From: Candidatus Hydrogenedentota bacterium
GTDB lineage: Bacteria; Hydrogenedentota; Hydrogenedentia; Hydrogenedentales; SLHB01
Assembly: GCA_034408725.1 (NCBI GenBank)
Contig: JAWXCN010000249.1
Span: 1-12,179 of the forward strand
DNA length: 12,179 nucleotides
Direction: 5' to 3'
Positions 7,303 to 12,179 of this stretch are shown one piece after another. The notes under the pieces were generated by a model. It ran no database searches. It was given only the letters and a program-made list of their open reading frames with translations, and was not told the DNA's origin. Both the position numbers and the translations under genes were made by a program. The number at the start of each line of letters is the position of its first letter. Position 1 is the first letter of the stretch.

Positions 7303-8757
7303 CTATCCCGCGCTATATGCGCCCAAAACATTTCCTTGTTGATCAACTACAACGAGTTTCTTGCCCTGGCCGATGGGCACGGACTTCCCGCCGATGCTGA
7401 TTACGCTGTTCGAAATCGTAAAGGTAACCGTTCCGAACTGGACGGCGGTGACGCCTTTTGCATATTCATAGATGAATGCATCGTTGCCGGTGCCGGCCTT
7501 TCCGCCGGCGGCAGCACGGTCATCCGAGGAAATTATGACGCCGCCCGCGCGCGATTCAGAATCGAATTTCATGTCGCGCACGGCGATGCGGACATCGCCG
7601 AGATCGGTAATGCCGTAGCCATTCTTCGAATAGGTTTCTCTGCTCGCAGTGGCTTGGCCTTTGCCGGTGGCCGATTTTGTGCTGAGGTCAATGGCGGTGT
7701 TGAACGGCATTTTTGCGAGCTTGTTTTCTTCCGGACCCATGGCCGACGCGGGTTGAACGTCATATTGCGCATCGATTGGCGCGGCCATCGCAAGCTGATC
7801 GGCTGGCAAAGCAGTCGCCTCGGATGGCTCGGACGCATCCGACAGATCGGACGGATCAGCGGAATCGCCGGCATCGTCTTTTCCACCGATCAGGCCAAAT
7901 GTCATCCGGCTCATCAGCGTGCGCTTCTCTTTGGGCGCTTCGGTTTCGTCGGCAGTATCCCGCTGATCGAGTGTTTGCGACGGCCCTGGTTCGGGCGCAG
8001 GTTCCTGCGCCGCGGCAGATTCTGGTGATTCCATCGCGCCTTCGGGTTCCGGCACGGCGTCAGTTACTGCCGGCTCCGAAGTTTCTGCTGAAGGCTCCGG
8101 CGCGTTTGTTTCGGCCACGTCACCTTCCTTCTTGCCCTTGTCGCCAACTAGACCAAAGGTCATCCGGCTCATCAGCGTTCGTTTTTCCTTGGGCTGTTCC
8201 GTTTCCGCTGATGTCGCTTCAGCAGTTTCTTTTTCAGCCTTTTCTTGTTGCTCTTGTTCCTTCTTCGCCAGTTTCTCTTCCTGCTCGGACTGTTGCTTCG
8301 CTTCTTTGGCGTCGCGCTTTTCCTGTTCGCGCGCGATCTTGCCCTGGCGTTCCTGTTCCTTCTTCGCGGCTTTCGCTTCGGCTTCCTGTTGCTTTGATTC
8401 GTCGGGTTGCTTGTCGCCACCGACAAGGCCGAAGGTCATGCGATTCATCAGGCCGGGCTTTTCTTCGGCGGAGGCGGTGGCGGTCTCTTCCTTCTCCGCG
8501 GCTTCGCGCGCTTTTTCCTGGTCCTTCGCAGCCTGCTTTTCAGCTTCGCGCTGCTGCTTCTCTTCCTTCTCGCGCACCTTGCGATCAGCCTTGGATTCTG
8601 CCTGCGCAGTCTGATCGGATTCAGAAGTTTCGCTGCCGCCGATGAGTCCGAACGTGGCCTTGTTCATCACATTTTTTGTGCTGGCGCAGCCTGGCATGAT
8701 CAGCGCTATCACGCAGATCATTGCGAGCGGTGCGCGATAAAATTTGGTTGCGTTCAT
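7303..8757 (-). CDS. Large hypothetical lipoprotein with charged low-complexity linkers, four TFGL(I/V)G repeats and a beta-rich C-terminal domain
   Basis: MNATKFYRAPLAMICVIALIMPGC lipoprotein signal; long E/K/A/Q-rich and P/E-rich regions; 484-aa open frame; GGGGA upstream of the ATG. Confidence 0.85.
   Translation of the reverse strand: MNATKFYRAPLAMICVIALIMPGCASTKNVMNKATFGLIGGSETSESDQTAQAESKADRKVREKEEKQQREAEKQAAKDQEKAREAAEKEETATASAEEKPGLMNRMTFGLVGGDKQPDESKQQEAEAKAAKKEQERQGKIAREQEKRDAKEAKQQSEQEEKLAKKEQEQQEKAEKETAEATSAETEQPKEKRTLMSRMTFGLVGDKGKKEGDVAETNAPEPSAETSEPAVTDAVPEPEGAMESPESAAAQEPAPEPGPSQTLDQRDTADETEAPKEKRTLMSRMTFGLIGGKDDAGDSADPSDLSDASEPSEATALPADQLAMAAPIDAQYDVQPASAMGPEENKLAKMPFNTAIDLSTKSATGKGQATASRETYSKNGYGITDLGDVRIAVRDMKFDSESRAGGVIISSDDRAAAGGKAGTGNDAFIYEYAKGVTAVQFGTVTFTISNSVISIGGKSVPIGQGKKLVVVDQQGNVLGAYSAG
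7882..8667 (-). repeat. Four in-frame peptide repeats M[NS][KR][AM]TFGL[IV]G[GD]
   Basis: 8635-8667 MNKATFGLIGG; 8416-8448 MNRMTFGLVGG; 8140-8172 MSRMTFGLVGD; 7882-7914 MSRMTFGLIGG. The last two share the prefix PKEKRTL. Confidence 0.95.
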
Positions 8758-8792
8758 TTAGACAGAATCCCCGCTTGGTTTGGGTTTGGAAA

Positions 8793-8894
8793 ACATCCCC
8801 CTAATTCCCCCTTCAAAGGGGGACTTAAGAGTGAGCTCTTGCATCGTAGTGCGGAAAGCACACATCCCCCTCCCTTTAAAAGAGGACTTAAGAG
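8793..8894. repeat. Two direct copies of a REP-like palindromic element
   Basis: 8793-8831 ACATCCCCCTAATTCCCCCTTCAAAGGGGGACTTAAGAG and 8862-8894 ACATCCCCCTCCCTTTAAAAGAGGACTTAAGAG share both ends. Copy 1 has TCCCCCTT/AAGGGGGA arms (8806-8823). Confidence 0.85.
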
Positions 8895-8921
8895 GGCGAA
8901 TCGTCGTAAAATTCAGATTGT

Positions 8922-9575
8922 TCATGCGTTGTATTTCCGTAAGACGTCGTCCAGCGCCTCTCGCAACAAGACCGCTTCACCCACGCGCATGCGTTTTGCC
9001 AGGCGCGCCAGCCCGGCGAGTTGCCCTTGCGTGTAATGGCTAGTCTTGGTCACCATGCGCTCCTCGCGCGCCAGGCAGACCTTGTTGCGTCCGCCTGCCT
9101 TTGCGCGATACAGCGCCTCGTTCGCCTTCCGCACCAGGTCGACCGATGTTGCACCGTCATCAGGAAATGACGCCAGCCCCGCACTTACGGTTAGAGAGAA
9201 TTTTACCGTTTGATCGTTGGCGTAAACAATTTGATCTCCGTCAGCGGCGCGACGCGCGGACTCAGCGAGGAGGAACGCTTCCTCCTTTTCGATACCGGAC
9301 ATGATCGCAGCGAATGCGTCGCCGCCGTAGCGGACGATTTCCGCGCGGTCACCGAAGGAATTGTGCAACGACGCGGACAAGTGTTCCAGGACGGCGTCGC
9401 CGCCAGCTCGGCCGTATTTCTCGTTGAGAGAGCCGAAGAGATCGATGTCGAAGAGTGCCATGGATAATAGCGACTCGGTTTGGGTAGCATTGGACAGGGC
9501 TGTGTCGAAGGCCGCGAAAAAGCGGTCGAAATGCTGGGTTCGGTTAGCAACCGTTATGTGGGAAACAGTAGCCAT
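8922..9575 (-). CDS. Degenerate GGDEF domain (GGDAF) fused to a C-terminal ribbon-helix-helix DNA-binding domain
   Basis: FDIDLF..LNEKYGRAGGDAVL, RYGGDAF, LTVSAGLASFP and ANEALYRAKAGGRNKV match the GGDEF fold. The tail MVTKTSHYTQGQLAGLARLAKRMRVGEAVLLREALDDVLRKY fits the CopG/Arc-type strand-helix-turn-helix pattern. Confidence 0.88.
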   Translation of the reverse strand: MATVSHITVANRTQHFDRFFAAFDTALSNATQTESLLSMALFDIDLFGSLNEKYGRAGGDAVLEHLSASLHNSFGDRAEIVRYGGDAFAAIMSGIEKEEAFLLAESARRAADGDQIVYANDQTVKFSLTVSAGLASFPDDGATSVDLVRKANEALYRAKAGGRNKVCLAREERMVTKTSHYTQGQLAGLARLAKRMRVGEAVLLREALDDVLRKYNA

Positions 9576-9595
9576 TGGATGATAATCTTACATAG

Positions 9596-9625
9596 AATAT
9601 AACATGGCAATCGTACATATGTCAA
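9596..9625 (-). promoter_or_regulatory. Sigma70-type promoter of the GGDEF-RHH gene
   Basis: Minus strand: TTGACA (9625-9620), 18-nt spacer ending TGT, TATATT (9601-9596). Consensus -35, 5/6 -10 and an extended -10 TG, 20 nt upstream of the ATG in an AT-rich segment. Confidence 0.7.
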
Positions 9626-9741
9626 TAGATGTATTAACATTAATTTGTGTGTGTTGAATACACTATATAGTCAAATTAGAACCGATGAAGCAGAAGAGGT
9701 AGAGGCATATTTGCATGGCCTGGGCTCGCTGGGGCAACGAT

Positions 9742-9771
9742 TGGACTGCCGCTTTTCCTGTATGCTATTCT
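9742..9771 (+). promoter_or_regulatory. Possible promoter for tRNA-tilS
   Basis: TGGACT (9742-9747), 18 nt, TATTCT (9766-9771) preceded by TGc, 10 nt before the tRNA. TATGCT at 9761-9766 is an alternative -10. Confidence 0.4.
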
Positions 9772-9781
9772 CTTACGCCGT

Positions 9782-9858
9782 GCCGGTGTAGCTCAGTTGG
9801 TTAGAGCAGTGGAATCATAATCCACGTGTCCGCGGTTCGAATCCGTGCACCGGCACCA
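9782..9858 (+). tRNA. tRNA with CAT anticodon, probably elongator tRNA-Met (tRNA-Ile2 not excluded)
   Basis: Cloverleaf: acceptor GCCGGTG/CACCGGC, D arm GCTC/GAGC, anticodon stem GTGGA/TCCAC with loop ATCATAA (CAT 9816-9818), T arm CGCGG-TTCGAAT-CCGTG, discriminator A, encoded CCA; 77 nt. Paired G1:C72 and no triple G:C in the anticodon stem argue against initiator tRNA. Confidence 0.96.
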
Positions 9859-9888
9859 CTTATTTTCCCTTCCCCTGGAGGCGGCGCC

Positions 9889-11274
9889 GTGGGCGAGAGC
9901 GCGCAGGAGTTGCTTGACCGGGTCAGCGCGACCATCGCGACTTACCATATGCTCGCTCCTGGCGAGACCTTGCTTGCGGCGGTGTCTGGCGGGCCGGATT
10001 CAATGTGCCTGCTGGACGTGCTGGTCGCGCTCGGATACAGGGTGCATCTGGCGCATTTCGATCACCAGACCCGCGACGGACAGAGCGGTTTGGACGCAGC
10101 ATTTGTGCGGGATACGGCGTCCCGCCTGGGGTTGCCATTTCATCTTGAAAGCCGGCCCATTACGCAAGAGGCGCGGGAGCAGGGTGCTTCATTCGAGGCG
10201 TATGCGCGCGCGGCGCGTTATTCCTTTTTTCGCCGCACGGCGGATGCCAACGCTTGCACCGCCGTGGTCACGGGACATCACGCCGACGACCGCGCCGAGA
10301 CAGTGCTGATGCGGATTCTTCGCGGGACGTGGCCGGGCGGGCTGGGCGCGATTCCGCCGGTCCGCGAGGACCCGGATGGCCGGCGCGTCGTGCGTCCATT
10401 GATCAATTGCACGCGCCGCGAGATCATCGCGTACCTGACCGAAAATGCGATCTCATTTTGCACAGACGATTCCAACGCCGATGTGAGGCATTTGCGCAAT
10501 CGCGTCCGGCACGAGCTGTTGCCTCAACTCTCCGCGGAATACAATCCACGATTTCGCGACGCCCTGTGCCGTCTTGCCGAACTTCAACATGACGCCAGCG
10601 CGGTGGTGTCACGCGCGACGGATGAGTTGTCGGCAGTGTGCCTCAATGAGAATGTTATCGATCGCGTGGAGTTTGCGCGCGGGGAAGCGGCGTGTCAGCG
10701 GGAATTGCTGGTGCGGTATGCACATCCGCGGAATGCTACGATTTCAGTCGAGCGAATCGAGCGAGCGCGGCGATTTATTTTAGAGGGGCCACAACATAAG
10801 TATTTTGATTTTGGCGGCGGACTATTGCTGCGCAACGAGCGCGGATTTACCTATATCGTGGAGCGCGGCATGGCGCGCAATAACCATGACGTGCCGCTGC
10901 ACTTGCCGGGAGTCACGGAGGCGATGGGAGCAATCATACATTGCAGGATCATCGAGCATCCGCTCGCAGTGCCAATCAAGACGGCATGCACGCCGTCGCG
11001 ACAAGTGTTGGATGCGGATCGGGTTGTTGGACCCTTGACATTGCGGAGTCGTCGCGTTGGAGACCGGTTCATCCCGCTGGGGTTGTCGAAGCCGAAAAAG
11101 CTGAAGGATTATTTCGTAGACCGCAAGGTACCGCTCCCGTTGCGCGACCGTGTGCCGCTGGTGTGCGCGAACGATGCGATTGTGTGGGTTGTGGGACATG
11201 GGATCGACGCGCGCGCGGCGGTGACAACTTCTACGCGCCGGTTTTTATTGATCGAGGTGGATTGGAAAGATTAG
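9889..11274 (+). CDS. tilS: tRNA(Ile)-lysidine synthetase
   Basis: PP-loop AVSGGPDSMCLL, AHFDHQTR, EAYARAARY, TGHHADDRAETVLMRILRG, VRPL, DDSN...RNRVRHELLP, C-terminal GDRFIPLG...KKLKDYFVDRKVP...RDRVPL. GGAGG (9877-9881) sits 7 nt before GTG 9889 (461 aa). Confidence 0.96.
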   Translation: MGESAQELLDRVSATIATYHMLAPGETLLAAVSGGPDSMCLLDVLVALGYRVHLAHFDHQTRDGQSGLDAAFVRDTASRLGLPFHLESRPITQEAREQGASFEAYARAARYSFFRRTADANACTAVVTGHHADDRAETVLMRILRGTWPGGLGAIPPVREDPDGRRVVRPLINCTRREIIAYLTENAISFCTDDSNADVRHLRNRVRHELLPQLSAEYNPRFRDALCRLAELQHDASAVVSRATDELSAVCLNENVIDRVEFARGEAACQRELLVRYAHPRNATISVERIERARRFILEGPQHKYFDFGGGLLLRNERGFTYIVERGMARNNHDVPLHLPGVTEAMGAIIHCRIIEHPLAVPIKTACTPSRQVLDADRVVGPLTLRSRRVGDRFIPLGLSKPKKLKDYFVDRKVPLPLRDRVPLVCANDAIVWVVGHGIDARAAVTTSTRRFLLIEVDWKD

Positions 11275-11307
11275 CCGCGCGAGTCAACGCGAAAAGAGCA
11301 GGAAAAT

Positions 11308-11886
11308 ATGAGACTGGTTCGAGCGATGATTGGCAAGTTGCTGCGCTTCGCGGGATCGTTTTCGGCGCCGAAGAGCGGGGTCGGTGTGAACGTGAGCGAT
11401 TACGAAGTGGAGGATGCGCAAGGTGATCGCGTCCGGCTTGGTGATCGGTACAAAGGCCAGGTATTGCTGATCGTGAACGTGGCCTCGAAGTGCGGGTTCA
11501 CGCCGCAATACGAGGCGCTCGAGAAGTTGCACGAGCAGTATCATGCGCGAGGGCTCGCGGTGTTGGCGTTTCCCTGTAACGATTTCGGTGCGCAGGAGCC
11601 GGGCACGGATGCCGAGGTTCAATCATTTTGCAAACTGAACTATTGCGTGCAATTTGATGTGTTCCGGAAGGTTACGGTGTCGGGCGAGAATGCGCCGCCC
11701 TTGTACAAAGCATTGACCTCGGACGCGAACGGTGCATTGGGCGGACCGATAAAATGGAATTTTACGAAGTTTCTCGTAGGTCCCGATGGAAAGGTAAAGG
11801 CGAGAATTGAACCGTTGACGCCGCCGGATGCTTCGAGCGTTGTGCGTTTGATTGAAATAGAGCTGAGAACTGGATCGATGGGCTGA
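11308..11886 (+). CDS. Glutathione peroxidase family protein (Cys-type, BtuE/Gpx-like)
   Basis: KGQVLLIVNVASKCGFTPQYEAL, VLAFPCNDFGAQEPG, IKWNFTKFLV. The start is uncertain; GTG 11392 is an alternative. Confidence 0.93.
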   Translation: MRLVRAMIGKLLRFAGSFSAPKSGVGVNVSDYEVEDAQGDRVRLGDRYKGQVLLIVNVASKCGFTPQYEALEKLHEQYHARGLAVLAFPCNDFGAQEPGTDAEVQSFCKLNYCVQFDVFRKVTVSGENAPPLYKALTSDANGALGGPIKWNFTKFLVGPDGKVKARIEPLTPPDASSVVRLIEIELRTGSMG

Positions 11887-11977
11887 GCGAATGTCGACCT
11901 TTGATTAGTAAGCCAAAGCGGTAGCGGCTGCTACCACAGTCCATATTAAGCAACGCCGATCCATCGCATAAAGAGTA

Positions 11978-12007
11978 ACCCCGGCAGGCCGTGGCGGCTG
12001 CCGGGGT
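11978..12007. terminator. Intrinsic terminator-like hairpin between convergent genes
   Basis: ACCCCGGCAG (11978-11987) / CTGCCGGGGT (11998-12007) is a perfect 10-bp stem. On the minus strand it is followed by TACTCTTTAT, 42 nt after the stop of the incoming minus gene. Confidence 0.65.
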
Positions 12008-12049
12008 CTCATCCCATCGCGCGAACCAGTCGCGCGCTATGTCTAGAGA

Positions 12050-12179
12050 TTAGTTTAGCGGAGCGGACGCGACCGTCACTGCGCTGCCGTCTGCCGTGAA
12101 TCGAATCACGCCGGATTCATCCACGAAGTATTGACGGTAACCTGTGCGGCCAGCGGCTGCCGGGGCAGCCGTGCAGGCG
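12050..12179 (-). CDS. 3' end of a probable type IV pilin/pseudopilin-like protein (partial, not in the ORF track)
   Basis: Manual translation ACTAAPAAAGRTGYRQYFVDESGVIRFTADGSAVTVASAPLN* (TAA 12052-12050). The A-x-P...G-x-TG-x-R-x-[FY]-x-x-D-x-SGVIR...PL pattern resembles C-termini I recall from prepilin-type proteins; the diagnostic N-terminus is outside the window. Confidence 0.6.
   Translation of the reverse strand, partial: ACTAAPAAAGRTGYRQYFVDESGVIRFTADGSAVTVASAPLN

Noticed and set aside
8793-8894. Mini CRISPR array (two palindromic repeats with a ~30-nt spacer)
   Set aside because: Only two copies, unequal in length and sequence, no cas genes in the window; REP-like repeats fit better.
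9690-9780. Lysine riboswitch suggested by GGTAGAGGC
   Set aside because: Only the 5' motif matches, there is too little room before the tRNA, and the downstream gene context is wrong.
9826-9888. N-terminal extension of TilS from the ORF track
   Set aside because: It begins inside the tRNA; GTG 9889 has a well-spaced GGAGG.
9840-9890. tRNA 3' end as an integration site for a genomic island
   Set aside because: No duplicate of the tRNA 3' end and no integrase in the window; tilS follows directly.
11479-11511. Selenocysteine glutathione peroxidase
   Set aside because: The active-site codon is TGC (Cys) and the frame has no internal TGA.
11994-12170. GCGGCTGCCGGGG present in the hairpin arm and again inside the pilin-like gene
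   Set aside because: A short GC-rich match, with the second copy explained by Ala/Pro codons; no further evidence of function.

Overview
Bacterial chromosomal window, mostly GC-rich, with AT-richer accessory genes mixed in. In order: probable 3' end of a + gene; Wzx/PST-family flippase (-); secreted glucose/sorbosone-dehydrogenase-family beta-propeller protein with a C-terminal anchor-like tail (+); then a long co-oriented minus-strand run read from 9575 down to 3168. That run holds a degenerate GGDEF domain fused to a C-terminal ribbon-helix-helix (RHH) domain, a repeat-rich lipoprotein, a membrane protein, a second lipoprotein, leuC, two small TatA/TatB-like membrane ORFs, a nucleotidyltransferase (MNT) gene frameshifted at an A7 run, and leuD. 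Divergently follow a tRNA(CAT), tilS and a Cys-type glutathione peroxidase, then the 3' end of a pilin-like gene (-). The most notable items are (1) the GGDEF-RHH fusion, whose sigma70-like promoter is covered in ACAT/ATGT boxes, a candidate autoregulated nucleotide-sensing transcription factor; (2) a tightly packed three-gene insert splitting leuC from leuD, including a 57-aa TatA/B-like ORF absent from the ORF track; and (3) four copies of an MxxxTFGLxG motif in a large lipoprotein. All calls are from manual reading; no searches were run, so novelty is unverified.
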